64,000 nucleotides of DNA. Origin: a virus (Duplodnaviria > Caudoviricetes). The notes under the pieces are model-generated. The model did no database searches and had not been told where the DNA came from. It worked only from the letters and a program-made list of their open reading frames with translations. The stretch covers positions 1 to 64,000 of the IMG/VR virus record IMGVR_UViG_3300021255_002777. One strand, given 5' to 3'. This document shows, in pieces, positions 26,001 to 36,132 of the stretch. The position numbers and the translations under genes were made by a program. Each line of letters opens with the position of its first letter. The stretch's first letter is position 1.

Positions 26001-29000
26001 CCTGCGAACACATTGGCTACGTGGGTCTTGTGCTTTGACATGACACCGCCAAGTGCATCATCATAGGTTCCGTTTTCGTACTCCTCACGGAATACTTGAT
26101 ATATCTGGTACAGGTCTCCGTTGTCAGTTTTGGGACCGTAGTAAGGACTGTTGAGGTCAGTGACAATCTGACCATTGTGGACGATATAGACTATGAGTCC
26201 GAGTTCCTCGTCTTTGGTAATCAGGAACCCAACTTCATCACCACTCTTTACATTGCCTTTGTCAATGTAACCAAAGGCACCCTCACGTGAAAGCCTGTTG
26301 TAGATAGCCTCACTGCGCTTTGCCAACCTGCGCCATTCAGCGACACTCTTGGTGCCAAGCTCACCTATAGAATGTAAACTGGTTTCATCAGTTGTTTCAG
26401 GCAGTTTAGCAAGATACTCATTGACAATTTCATGATAAGGCTTGTAGGTAAAGCCACTGCGGTAAGCGAACTCACCAGTATTACTTCTCCAGACAGGACC
26501 GAGACGGCCTCTGTCTTCATCGCCTATGTTGATGAACTCCATCATAGCCTTTTCCTCTTCGGCTTCCGAAGGGTTCTGCAAATGCTGATTCTCCTGTGTT
26601 GCAGCAGGGCTTGGTGCTTCTTCGTTGGATGCCTGTTCTTGCTGTGCTGGTTGTGCTTGCGGAGCAGGACTGTGCTGCTCAGCATCCACAGGCTTGGTGT
26701 CAGGCTGACGTGAATTACGCAGTGAATCAAGCCTTGCTTTGACCTTCTTGAGGATGGCGTTGAACGCTGTGCGCTCAGTCTTTGCTCTTGCCGACTTGTC
26801 TTCCTTGATTGTATTGAGCCTCTGTTCAAGTATGCGTTCAAGTTCCTCAAGTAGGTTAATGAGTGTGTCGGATTCAGCAACCTTTGAGAGCAAATCCTTT
26901 GCATACTTGGCAATGGTCTCATAAGTACTGCTTGATGTGACTGCTTCTTTTGCATTCTGTGCTGCTGTGGTTATGCGGTTCATCCAGTCATGCACACCTT
27001 TGATTGCGGCATTCAGACCTTTAAGGAAGTTAGGAGCATCCTTCTTCAGCTTGTTCAATGCTTTATTGATTTGCTTGCGTTGAGCATCGGTAATACGTGA
27101 AACAATAGAACCGTCTTCATCGATGTCTGTGAGCTTGATAAACTCCATAATGGTCTGTGCTTCCTCAATGGCATCAACATCGAGGATTGTGGGCTCTTCC
27201 TTCTCTGAGTTTGAGTTGATGATACCTTGAATGAAATCCTTGGTTTTTTCAATCAGCTCTTCCCTGAGTTCAGGATCGGTGATGTCTTTAAAGTAATCTG
27301 CAAGTTTATCGTTGTAGAATTTCTCGACAGCCTCGGCGACTTTCTTTGCAAGGACTTTGGAACGTTGGTAAGCGGAGCTGCGTGCAATGGCTTCATCACC
27401 CTTTGCAATGAGTTCATCTACGGTCTGCTTCTTCTGTGCAAGTTTGTCCTTGGTCTTCTGCCATTTATTAACCAGCCAACGTATTGCTTTCTGCTTTGCA
27501 TTAAGAAGGTTCTCAGGATTAGCAAGTGCCTCGTCAAAGGCTTTATTGTATTCCTGTGCCTTCTCGTAGCACTTAGCAACATCTTCCATATCACGGAGAA
27601 AAGCATTGCGGTCAAACTTCTTCATCTTGCCTTCCCTGCGCATAGCCGCGTCGACAGCGTCCAGTGCTGCGGAAGCGAACCGCTGGCGTGTTTGGTTGAT
27701 GGTATCCTCATCGGTTTCATCCCAAGTGAGGTATTCATGTTTCAATAATCCACGCAGTGCAAACCTAGCAAACTGCTGGTCTGTCATGTCCTTAGTGGAG
27801 ACTATCGCTTTTGTTTCATCGCTGGGGTCAACTTGAACAGCACTTTCTTGCAACCCAAAAGCCTCAGCAAGTTTCTTTGCAGCACCCTTAGGTATTGTGA
27901 CGGTGAACGTTTCAGGCAATATACCACGCCATTTCTGTGTGAGTTCATCACCACGATCAAAGTGAGACCGACCTAGGTATTCTGTATACGCAAGATAATC
28001 TTCCTGGTCTTTGGAGAAGTAACCACGCGTTTCCCTGTTGATTCTTTCAACAGCGTCCTGATACCTCTGCACGGCTTCACGTATCCTGTCTGTGTTATGC
28101 TTGATAGATTCTCGTGCAGCCTCGACACTGGCTACATTACCGTTGTCATCGACAAGTGAAGAAGGGCCATCCCAGTAAGAGTCAGGTGCAGCATTATCAG
28201 CATTGCGCAGCAGTCTTGCACGTTCCTCTTCAAGTTCATCAATTCTTGATTTGCTCTCAGGTGACTTCATAGCAAGGTCATAATCTTGCTGTGCCTGCTT
28301 GCGTGCATCGATGGCTTGGATAAGTGCCTGAGCAGCATGCTTGACTTCAGTGTTTCTTGCACGTCTTGCAAGTCTACGCAAGTCATTGACCTTGCGTGAG
28401 TCTGTTGCTTTCTCACCAAGCACACCGACAACCTGTTGCCTTACCTGCTGTTCATTCAGCTTGGCTTGGTCAACATTCCTGCGGAGTGCTCTTTCATCAT
28501 CAGCACCGTCTTTGAGTTGCTCTGCAATCTGCTTGTCAATATTCTCGTTGATAGCTTCACGCATCTGCTGCCTTTGCATTTCAGGAGTGATTTCCTTAAC
28601 AGAGCCGTTGATGATGCTCTGCACCTGCTCATCACTCATGTTCTCTGTATGCTGGTCAATCATGGCATACAGGTCATCCATTCTGCCTGCACGAGCAAAG
28701 GTGCTGATAAGTGAGAACATAGCTTTGTCGTCTTCGGTTTTCCAGTCGTTCTGGTTACCTTCCTCAGCAAGCCTGATTTTGTTCTGCTCATGGAAGCTCT
28801 GTGCTACAAGATGCTGCAGAAGGTTGGGAAGCCTGTCGTTCTTGAGCTGGTTGTTCAACTCTTTTGCTGTACGTTTTGCAAAGCGTGTATCACGCCACTC
28901 ATCACGCATCTCACCGGCACCGAACAGCGCACCAGTTAAACCACCGATGAAACCTTCCTTCCACCCGTCTGCACTGCCATAGGTTTCTTTGATACCGTAG

Positions 29001-30559
29001 TTCAATGCACTGAGGAAGTCGTGGCTGCCATCGGCAACAAGGTCAACGCTGTCGGGATCAAGCCTTGCCCTCCAGTAGTTGTCAGCATCAGCATATTCGT
29101 GGTACTTCTTCGCGCCTGTGCTGGCTGCACCCTGACCCATCTCCTCGTAGATACCTTCCGAAAACATGGTGCTGCCGATACGCTTTGCATAGTTGCCAGC
29201 AAAACTTCTGCTTCCGTAACCTTCTGCAGCATTACCTGTGATGTTGCTCTGACCCAATGCATTCCTCATATTTATTTCGCCATTGCGCACAGCCCAAGCT
29301 CTACCCGCACTACGCTCAGCACTGCGGTATGCCTTGTCGATAAACCTGCCTGCAAGATTAAGGTTGCTCGGGATAAGGATAGCGAGGTTAAGACCAACTA
29401 CGGCATTGCCTGCTTTGGTCGCATTTTCTTCAAGCTGCTGGAGTGCTGCACCACGTCGGTTCTCATACTGAGCAGTGAGCTGACCGCGCCGCTGCTGATA
29501 CTGCGCATCCAGCCTTTGCTTGATTTGCTGATATTGAGGACTGCTGCGGTCATAGCCGAACTGCTGGTCAAGCAAAGCTGTTTGCTGCTGGTATGCGGAA
29601 TCAAGCTGCTGCACCTGTGGATCAGCCATGATGTGCTGGTCTATAGTGTCGTTGATACGCTGTGTTTCCTCTTGCACCATTTCACGCTTGGTACTGAGTC
29701 CTTCAAGTGCAGCCTCACCCATCGAACTGCTGGCAATGGAAAGATACTTGACAGCTGGCTGGCCTACATTGTTTACAGCATGGTTGATTGCAGCGTAGGT
29801 GTTACGAAGCAGGTTGTTGCCTTGTCTTGCAGCACTACGTGCAGCTGTTGCAGTTGCACCGCGAAGACCACGAACTGCTGCGCCACCGACACCTGCTCCG
29901 ACCATAGCCGAACCCATCATGCCTACAGTGAATCCGACATTGGTGAGCACGTCATCCATCCACAAGTTCATGCTGTTAATGTTCTTCCACCATTCACCGT
30001 TCTCGCTGTTCTGTTTCTGCTTCAGGCTTTGATAGTTGACAAAGTTTTGATCAAACCATTCATCTACATCAGCCATAGCATTGGAGAACTCGTTGTCCCA
30101 CAGATGTGACATGTTCCAGCCTTCGCCAGCAATACCATGGCCAAGGAACGAGCCAATACCGTAGATGCCTCCAGCGATGCCATTGATAAAGCTAGTTGCT
30201 GCCCTGCCAAGGAACTTTGCAGTTCCGTTGGCAACATTGTCCCACCAAGGCTGGGCTTCATACCTACGTTGCTGAAGGTCATCGAAACTTGTGACTGGAG
30301 TGAGCACATCACTGTCATCGTCATACTGGCTCATGCCACGCTCATAGCCTGGTGTGCCCGGAGCGTAGTGTTGTGACTCTGTAAAGCTGCCTATCTCTGG
30401 TTGGTATGCAACACTTACGCCATGCTTAATACGATTCCTGTCGCTGATGCGCTGTGCCCACTCAGCATCGTGTGCGTCCATTTCTTCCTGCGTTGCACCT
30501 GCTCTATAACGCAATCCGCTTATGGGAGATACCCCATTCTTTCTTGGATCTATTGCCAT
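23081..30559 (-). CDS. Giant virion ejection/cargo protein (2492 aa) with N-terminal membrane-type segments and a zincin HExxH domain
   Basis: Gly-rich hydrophobic segments (VGFTVGMMGSAMVGAGVGGAAV; GFIGGLTGALFGAG), long coiled coils, LIHEYTHLW at residue about 2056 and a downstream EEVFAH. Position after the cargo genes fits crAss-like phages. Confidence 0.75.
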   Translation of the reverse strand: MAIDPRKNGVSPISGLRYRAGATQEEMDAHDAEWAQRISDRNRIKHGVSVAYQPEIGSFTESQHYAPGTPGYERGMSQYDDDSDVLTPVTSFDDLQQRRYEAQPWWDNVANGTAKFLGRAATSFINGIAGGIYGIGSFLGHGIAGEGWNMSHLWDNEFSNAMADVDEWFDQNFVNYQSLKQKQNSENGEWWKNINSMNLWMDDVLTNVGFTVGMMGSAMVGAGVGGAAVRGLRGATATAARSAARQGNNLLRNTYAAINHAVNNVGQPAVKYLSIASSSMGEAALEGLSTKREMVQEETQRINDTIDQHIMADPQVQQLDSAYQQQTALLDQQFGYDRSSPQYQQIKQRLDAQYQQRRGQLTAQYENRRGAALQQLEENATKAGNAVVGLNLAILIPSNLNLAGRFIDKAYRSAERSAGRAWAVRNGEINMRNALGQSNITGNAAEGYGSRSFAGNYAKRIGSTMFSEGIYEEMGQGAASTGAKKYHEYADADNYWRARLDPDSVDLVADGSHDFLSALNYGIKETYGSADGWKEGFIGGLTGALFGAGEMRDEWRDTRFAKRTAKELNNQLKNDRLPNLLQHLVAQSFHEQNKIRLAEEGNQNDWKTEDDKAMFSLISTFARAGRMDDLYAMIDQHTENMSDEQVQSIINGSVKEITPEMQRQQMREAINENIDKQIAEQLKDGADDERALRRNVDQAKLNEQQVRQQVVGVLGEKATDSRKVNDLRRLARRARNTEVKHAAQALIQAIDARKQAQQDYDLAMKSPESKSRIDELEEERARLLRNADNAAPDSYWDGPSSLVDDNGNVASVEAARESIKHNTDRIREAVQRYQDAVERINRETRGYFSKDQEDYLAYTEYLGRSHFDRGDELTQKWRGILPETFTVTIPKGAAKKLAEAFGLQESAVQVDPSDETKAIVSTKDMTDQQFARFALRGLLKHEYLTWDETDEDTINQTRQRFASAALDAVDAAMRREGKMKKFDRNAFLRDMEDVAKCYEKAQEYNKAFDEALANPENLLNAKQKAIRWLVNKWQKTKDKLAQKKQTVDELIAKGDEAIARSSAYQRSKVLAKKVAEAVEKFYNDKLADYFKDITDPELREELIEKTKDFIQGIINSNSEKEEPTILDVDAIEEAQTIMEFIKLTDIDEDGSIVSRITDAQRKQINKALNKLKKDAPNFLKGLNAAIKGVHDWMNRITTAAQNAKEAVTSSSTYETIAKYAKDLLSKVAESDTLINLLEELERILEQRLNTIKEDKSARAKTERTAFNAILKKVKARLDSLRNSRQPDTKPVDAEQHSPAPQAQPAQQEQASNEEAPSPAATQENQHLQNPSEAEEEKAMMEFINIGDEDRGRLGPVWRSNTGEFAYRSGFTYKPYHEIVNEYLAKLPETTDETSLHSIGELGTKSVAEWRRLAKRSEAIYNRLSREGAFGYIDKGNVKSGDEVGFLITKDEELGLIVYIVHNGQIVTDLNSPYYGPKTDNGDLYQIYQVFREEYENGTYDDALGGVMSKHKTHVANVFAGFPKYRNGANKGTDAEVTVASISDKPARFHIIGAVGLNSGISITGSGAKGQPCILIQRPGNNGLTRWRAVPVKTRSITGTTSAKYGNDMIARVLQQAAKNMSQEQLIAFLKHFLNCDNIYVNQREGETEAEVMVDDQLVNKPVIQLAIKLRETNEQGQNVEAAINIATDGNGISIYGDVRCNVSAKFLQDESDYKQAIRGGDNLPQSYSDFLKEICYTKLADTDTHDSFFTVNQLLSNGDGTLSEVQSPYIEQTGNVRVISPGVVMVRDSNEGTTTRVEFARNKFDIAAVKSIKISSGTGSFVDVTVTPSNYQRVLRKLATAFMQSDMHPRWGQVNYFEFNGVVYEFTPQQGNLGKIKFSENKSMQYTLHDLDAQLPSVLSAVLRHYNGSNIDAVAKEFFDSVDKAKLKVLLDEIREGKTSFDAISVEDKAAIVNSLKDRGTDAAIDKRSKLDKLITRLKSHGIEISAKTDVGQRLVDQANHRLQSGGERSVLELGREQGRRYFLSADGTIVYGFYDSASNSIYLDPDLMNMESLIHEYTHLWCNVMRRTPEGKKRWKKLVEDLRSEKKMWESVKESYGDLVKKRDEHGNLVDDDDLIAEEVFAHLSGQRGEQWIEAHLEDSGETIKKKLMKLVNSIIDFIKSLFGAGQYARTMQELVWCDMLSDNPLSNFDMIDNPKKPADEIVENKQAEAEPASAEQAEQSNTVSIEALRNGTGLSADEVKDILINDLGVSENDISDTDVKLDSNITDQALKDVGLNPRPKSIKPFIPVQSVDTSKVSSTVATNLGMGFNTDRSFTGISPKLDAFSAELTRGYFSLEDAVDAMKTVLNEEQRNKLWSAVRNTVSDVESNTDLAAHIAHQFRVYLNSGTTGNSEADAIFKELRNGIQSLVDNADAVAELEKQLMSGHRTSDQSTPSDMLYSLTHDDMFLANHAYLDMLTEQDKEFLSMAGYSEKVYKSLHDTIKERIRKCVL

Positions 30560-30561
30560 GA

Positions 30562-32316
30562 TTATTTACCGAAAAGATTGATGTTTGAAACTGAGTTAGA
30601 ACTTCCTATCGAGCCTTGAACACCAAGCAATGCTGTGTTGTAATCATACTCAAGGCCCTGCAAAGACTGGTCTGATGGAAGCAGTGAGTAATACTCAGAG
30701 CTGCTCAGGCCACGTCTGCGCATTTCATTGTCACGTGCAGTTGCCATGCTTGACAGTCGTTCAAGATTTGCACGCAGATTTGGATCGCTGATATCTTCCA
30801 TCTTGATGAAGTAATACTTCTTCTTTCCGCCCTTCGTAACAACAAGCATCAACCCTTTGTTAGTTGGAGTCATGCTGACACCTGCCTGAACAGCATCAGC
30901 ATCCTTATCGTTAAGGATGGAGGCTATGGTTGTCGGGTTGTCTGTATCAGTACCGTATGAGCCATTCTTGTTTATCTTGTCTATAGAGTATATCTTCTGC
31001 GATTTGAATGCAGAATTGTAATCAGTGAGGGATATATCCTGGACTGTGTGGTAAGAGCCTATTACATTGCGTATCTTATTTGTGTATGCTTTGGCAAGCT
31101 CACTCTCGCGTACAGTCTTACCATTCTTGTCCTGGATGACCTGGAAGCCGTTGATGTCAATAAATTTCCAGCCGTTTTCCTGTGCTATCTCCTGCATAAT
31201 CTCACCGTTTGACCTCCTGAATGGAATCATTTCTGATACACGCCCCTGAAAAGCATCTATACCACGACCTATCACAGACGATGCTGGAGCATTGGGATCG
31301 TAACGGAACTCATTCTTGTCCTTATCATAGATGAGCCCATTCATAGCTGCGGAGTTAATAAGTTTATCCATCTCACCCTTGTCAGTAAGACTGTCATCTA
31401 TAGTAAAGCTGTGGTCATTGGGTCTGCCATAGTCGATGACTGAATCAGAATCTGAGCTCTTCTTACCAGCAGCTGCTCTTGCAGCAGCCATCTCAGCGGC
31501 ATAGACAGGATTCTGTTGTATGCTGACCTTATCCTGACCGGCACCAGCAGCAAGACCTGTAGACATGGCTTCAATAAGCTCGTTGGTAGTATTGGCATCC
31601 CACGTTTCGTTGGCCACACCAAATCCGTTATCATCCATGTTCATTCCGTTTGCTTTGAGTACTGTGGACATGATGGCTTTGAGTGCAGGAATATTGCGCC
31701 AGTTAGCGATTGCATCGGCAGGCAAGCCATACTGTATGATTGTCTCAAGCATGGAATCGTCAACACCCATAGCCTTCAGTTGTATTGCGGCTTCACCATT
31801 CGGGTTCTGCCTGAGCTGGTTCAGATAAGCCTTTGCCATAGTAGCAACCTGCGCGGTCATTGTTGCTGGGTTGGCTACCTTGAACCCGCCATTGGGATTC
31901 TGCACATACCATCCGAGTTTGGTTGTGCCTGCATCACGTGAATATTTCAGCTCGGGATGCTTGGCTTGCTCAGTGGCTTCGGCTTTACGTGTGTTGAACC
32001 CGATCTGAATAGGCATCATATTTCTTGAATAGCTTCCACGAAGGTTGCTGAACACGTCACGCTGTCCCCAGCCTCCACCTTTTGTAAGCGCATCAGCGGC
32101 TGTGTTGAGGTTGTTCATGAAAGCATTGAACATGGGCCTTGCAACCTCATCATCTTCATCAATGAGTCGGTCATACATCTGTGTGGTCATGTTCAGCTCG
32201 TCATACTTATCCTGCAAAGCCTGGTGATAGTCAGCGGCTTCCTTGACAGGAACAGCAATCTCTTGATATGTTAGCGGGTCATAGGTGACCCCTGCGACTA
32301 AACTGTAATTAGGCAT
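30562..32316 (-). CDS. Conserved crAss-like virion cargo protein
   Basis: N-terminus MPNYSLV...YDPLTYQEIAVPV; synteny between the C1-like cargo gene and the giant ejection gene. Confidence 0.65.
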   Translation of the reverse strand: MPNYSLVAGVTYDPLTYQEIAVPVKEAADYHQALQDKYDELNMTTQMYDRLIDEDDEVARPMFNAFMNNLNTAADALTKGGGWGQRDVFSNLRGSYSRNMMPIQIGFNTRKAEATEQAKHPELKYSRDAGTTKLGWYVQNPNGGFKVANPATMTAQVATMAKAYLNQLRQNPNGEAAIQLKAMGVDDSMLETIIQYGLPADAIANWRNIPALKAIMSTVLKANGMNMDDNGFGVANETWDANTTNELIEAMSTGLAAGAGQDKVSIQQNPVYAAEMAAARAAAGKKSSDSDSVIDYGRPNDHSFTIDDSLTDKGEMDKLINSAAMNGLIYDKDKNEFRYDPNAPASSVIGRGIDAFQGRVSEMIPFRRSNGEIMQEIAQENGWKFIDINGFQVIQDKNGKTVRESELAKAYTNKIRNVIGSYHTVQDISLTDYNSAFKSQKIYSIDKINKNGSYGTDTDNPTTIASILNDKDADAVQAGVSMTPTNKGLMLVVTKGGKKKYYFIKMEDISDPNLRANLERLSSMATARDNEMRRRGLSSSEYYSLLPSDQSLQGLEYDYNTALLGVQGSIGSSNSVSNINLFGK

Positions 32317-32322
32317 AGTATA

Positions 32323-35300
32323 TTAACCATAAGGATTAAACAAACCATTAAGAAATGAACCGAAGTTGAACGGCTGGTTCTGGACATAGGGATTGGTCGC
32401 CATTGTTGGTCTTTGACCAGCCTGCCTTGTGTTCGGGTTACCCCACCAGGGTGTACCGTTCTCAAAGGCTCCGTTGTAGATAGGACTGCCATAACGCGGG
32501 TCCATACCATAGCCGCCGTTTGCAGGATTGTGGTTGACCATGTTGAAGTACATGTTCTCCTTTGCTTTCTTTGCAACAGCATCTGTGAACATCTTGCGGT
32601 TGTTGAGCTTGATTGCGTCAACAGCATCCTTTTCAGCTTTGCGTGCCTGCAAAGCATCCTCCATTCTGTAGCCGAACAGGTTGCGTGCCTGAGCCCAGTT
32701 ATGGGCATTTTGCGCATCTGCACTGAGTATGCCTTGACTGTTCTGCATATCGGTGGTACGGTTAAAGTCAAGCATGTTACGGTACTGATCTGCATTGAAC
32801 TTCTGACCAGTCTCACCGATAGCGCCGTTGCCTATCATAGCGTTCCTTGCAAGAGCAACTTGGGCGGCGTTTGCAGCAGCTCCGTTGCCGTTGCTGTTAT
32901 CTTGGATTGCACGGCTTGCTGTACCATATTGAGCATCTGCGTTGAGCATAGGCTGATATGGGTCAAACAGCACTGGCTTCATCCTTTCACCTGAAGGTTT
33001 GTAACTTACAGGCATGTAACCTTGTGACTGCCTTGCAAGTTCCTCAAGACCATTTGCATATGTATAGTCTGGCTTGGGGGCAAGACCGATGTCGTCAAGC
33101 AGACGGGCAAGACCAGCCTCCCAGATAGGAAGGTCACGGCCTGCTGTGCTAAGCCAAGGCATGGTGTACCTGCCGTCAATGGCTGGGTTGAACTGATAAC
33201 GGTCATCAGTATCTTCCTCAGGATTAGAGCCGTCACCAACAGGAGTGTATGCTTCCTGTTCCTGGTTCTGCAAATCGTCTAACTCACTTTCAGTAAGATA
33301 TCCTTTATCTGTTGGACTGTTGACAAGTTTATAGCGGTATACGTCACTCCCTGCAGGAAGGTATGCTTCAATGCCGAGAGTATCACGAATAGTATCGCGG
33401 AACTTACCCCAATCGTTGTCACTTTCAGGAATACGAATACCGAAGTTGCGTAACTTGGTAAGACCACCATTCCAGTTATCAGGAACGAACCGTGTAGGGT
33501 TGTCAGTGGTTTGCCGTTTGTATGAACCAGGTTGTATTGCTGTGTTAAAGAAGTCATCAGTGAAGGCACTGTTCAGACCAAGATCTTGTGCAAGCCTCTG
33601 TACTGTGCCATACTTATCATCATACTTAGCGATGCTGAGATCGTCACCGTAGAGGTTAGCAGCATCGTATGCATCCTGAAGTTCGTTGACCTGTTTTAGG
33701 AACGCTTCAACCTCTTCTGGTGATTTGCCATTTAATCCACTGAACAAGTCACCGATTATTGGGAGCATATACGCTTCCCATGCCCTGTATGCGTTGTAAC
33801 CATCAGCATATTGGTTTCCTGCAGGCTTGCTACCACGTGTAGCAAACATATTCACAGGCTGGAAGTATCCGCCATTACTGTAGAGGTTACCACCGAAAGA
33901 ATGCCGTGCTGGAAGCTGAGTCACAACTGGAAAAACAACGTCATCCACAATATTGTCAGCTCTTTGCTCCGATAGCGGATATTCTGGGCCGTCACCCCAC
34001 TCTCCGCCACCACCAGCACCACCAAAGGCACCACCACCAGGTATAGCAGCTTCGGGATAAGCATCATCCGAATTGAAGTAGTCGACAACTTTGCCAGCAA
34101 AGTCTTCAGCCTTGTTCAGACCAGACGCAATCTTTTCAGGAATGCCAGAATTTCGAATCCATCTATGTAGTCTTCCATATAAGTATGGATTTGAGTTGAA
34201 TGCTTGATTAAATTCACCAGGAGTGTTAGGAAACCCTTTAAATGGACCAGACTCAACAGCACCCAACACAGCATCAGCAGCGCCTGAGCCAGCTGTATAA
34301 TCGAACAAGCCTTTTATTGCAGGCATAAGCCAAGCAAGGTTGGCGCCAGTCCAGTATGCGGAGTTAATTGCCTCTTGACTGCCACGACGCTTTCTTCTGT
34401 TTTGCTCATTAATCACCTCTCTAGTAGTGGCAATATCAGGCTGCTCCTGCCTCATCATATAATCGCTAAGATGAGGGATGTCTTCTACGTAGACGTGAGT
34501 AGGAGCATATTCAGTATAAGCTGTGCTAAGTGGAACTCTGTTGCCACTAGGGAAGGAGACAATAGTATCACCATATTCATCAACAAAGCCTCTAGGGATG
34601 TCACCGAGGGTGATGAGCCTGCCGCCAGGAGCAAACAGATTGCCTCCGAATGCCACCATCGAAGGTTGGGACGTTTCAGGCCCCTGCTGTATCATAGCTG
34701 CTTCTGGTGCCTGTTCCTGCATAGCCATTTCACCTTCCTGCTGCATGGCTTGCTGTGCCATAGCTTGCTGCTGCTCAGGAGGAAGCTGTTGCATAACCTG
34801 CTGAGCCATCGCCATCTGTTGCTGTTGTTGCTCAGCCTTGACTTGTTCCTGCATGTCACGTGCTTCTGCGAGGAACTTCTTGTTTGTATTCTCATGTATC
34901 GGGTCATTAGGTGTCTCCCTACTTTCTTTGGTGAATACTTCAACTGCCTTGGATACGCTGATACCATGAGGCAGATGATACTTGTCTGCAAACTCGTCAG
35001 TGATTGTAATGCGGTTGGAGAAAACATAGTCACTGTCACCTCCATCACCGAGCAATCTCTTAGGCGCGATGACCTCATCTTCCTCAACAACATTGGGAAC
35101 ACCACGGCTGTCATAGCCCATAGGTACGCCTTGATAAGGGTTCTCCTCATGAGTGCCACCGTTCTCGATGTAAATGAGACCGTTGGTGAAGTCACTGCCA
35201 TGGTTGTTCAGTGAACCACCGCCAGAGAAGAATCTGCCACCAAAGCAGAATGGCATACAGCCACCGAAACCATACTGCTTCTGCATGGGTTGCTGCATCT

Positions 35301-36126
35301 GGTTTTGCTGCTGCATTTGTCCTATCATCTGCTGCTGGTTAGCAAGGTTCTGTTGCTCTATGCCATAAGCCACAGCACCGCTGCCTGGATGTGAGAATGG
35401 GTTATCAAAGTAGCCACCGAAGGCAGCACTGTTCATCAGTAAGTTGTTCATCATATTTTTAGATACGTTTGTTTCAGCATTATCATAGTTTGCAGCCATG
35501 TAGTTCTGACCGCTTGCCATTGCTTTCTGAAGTTTGTTGTACTCATTCTCTACTTTGCCTTTAGCTGCCCAGCCCCAACTGCCTATGTCATGGATATCAA
35601 ACGCGCTACCCCAGTTCTGTGCAGCAGCTTGGTTTGCGATGCTCTCATTGCTGGAATCAGTAACACGGGTGTTATTCATCTCATTGACATCATTGTTGAT
35701 AGCATTGATTGTAGCATCGTTGAGGTGATAACCACTAATGCGATTCACGAGACCACCGACGAGACCAGAGCCTGCCTTGACAATACCGCCCAGCAAAGGA
35801 TTCACTTTACCAACAATGCCACCGACTGCATTACCTATACCACTGATTGCTTTTCCTGCACCAGTACCGCGGTCAAACTTGCCTATACCAATAGAGTACA
35901 GACCTTGACCCACAGCACCACCTATACTTGTTGCATCAAGCCCGAATTTACCAAGACCAGCGGTAATCTTTGAACCCTGTCCTCCAAACACATTACCAAG
36001 CTTGCCCGCAGCATCGTTTATGAGGCCACCGATATCATATCTGTTGGTGTATACATACGGGTCAGCAAAGTACCGCTGAACAGGCACCGTAGTCGGAACA
36101 TGAATATATTGTGGATAATTATTCAT
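32323..36126 (-). CDS. Cargo protein 1-like virion protein (PhiCrAss001 gp45-like)
   Basis: Directly follows the muzzle gene. Gly-rich amphipathic N-terminal helices, the GGTHEENP..GVPMG...VEEDEV...DYVFSNRI motif, a Gln-rich segment and repeated FGG motifs. Confidence 0.65.
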   Translation of the reverse strand: MNNYPQYIHVPTTVPVQRYFADPYVYTNRYDIGGLINDAAGKLGNVFGGQGSKITAGLGKFGLDATSIGGAVGQGLYSIGIGKFDRGTGAGKAISGIGNAVGGIVGKVNPLLGGIVKAGSGLVGGLVNRISGYHLNDATINAINNDVNEMNNTRVTDSSNESIANQAAAQNWGSAFDIHDIGSWGWAAKGKVENEYNKLQKAMASGQNYMAANYDNAETNVSKNMMNNLLMNSAAFGGYFDNPFSHPGSGAVAYGIEQQNLANQQQMIGQMQQQNQMQQPMQKQYGFGGCMPFCFGGRFFSGGGSLNNHGSDFTNGLIYIENGGTHEENPYQGVPMGYDSRGVPNVVEEDEVIAPKRLLGDGGDSDYVFSNRITITDEFADKYHLPHGISVSKAVEVFTKESRETPNDPIHENTNKKFLAEARDMQEQVKAEQQQQQMAMAQQVMQQLPPEQQQAMAQQAMQQEGEMAMQEQAPEAAMIQQGPETSQPSMVAFGGNLFAPGGRLITLGDIPRGFVDEYGDTIVSFPSGNRVPLSTAYTEYAPTHVYVEDIPHLSDYMMRQEQPDIATTREVINEQNRRKRRGSQEAINSAYWTGANLAWLMPAIKGLFDYTAGSGAADAVLGAVESGPFKGFPNTPGEFNQAFNSNPYLYGRLHRWIRNSGIPEKIASGLNKAEDFAGKVVDYFNSDDAYPEAAIPGGGAFGGAGGGGEWGDGPEYPLSEQRADNIVDDVVFPVVTQLPARHSFGGNLYSNGGYFQPVNMFATRGSKPAGNQYADGYNAYRAWEAYMLPIIGDLFSGLNGKSPEEVEAFLKQVNELQDAYDAANLYGDDLSIAKYDDKYGTVQRLAQDLGLNSAFTDDFFNTAIQPGSYKRQTTDNPTRFVPDNWNGGLTKLRNFGIRIPESDNDWGKFRDTIRDTLGIEAYLPAGSDVYRYKLVNSPTDKGYLTESELDDLQNQEQEAYTPVGDGSNPEEDTDDRYQFNPAIDGRYTMPWLSTAGRDLPIWEAGLARLLDDIGLAPKPDYTYANGLEELARQSQGYMPVSYKPSGERMKPVLFDPYQPMLNADAQYGTASRAIQDNSNGNGAAANAAQVALARNAMIGNGAIGETGQKFNADQYRNMLDFNRTTDMQNSQGILSADAQNAHNWAQARNLFGYRMEDALQARKAEKDAVDAIKLNNRKMFTDAVAKKAKENMYFNMVNHNPANGGYGMDPRYGSPIYNGAFENGTPWWGNPNTRQAGQRPTMATNPYVQNQPFNFGSFLNGLFNPYG

Positions 36127-36132
36127 AATATC

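Noticed and set aside
9349-30559. Inteins or self-splicing introns in the RNA polymerase or giant genes
   Set aside because: No frame breaks, and no LAGLIDADG or C...HN-C/S/T splice signatures noticed.
34700-35350. CAG/CAA-rich tracts as a DNA repeat element
   Set aside because: Explained by Gln-rich low-complexity coding sequence in the cargo protein.
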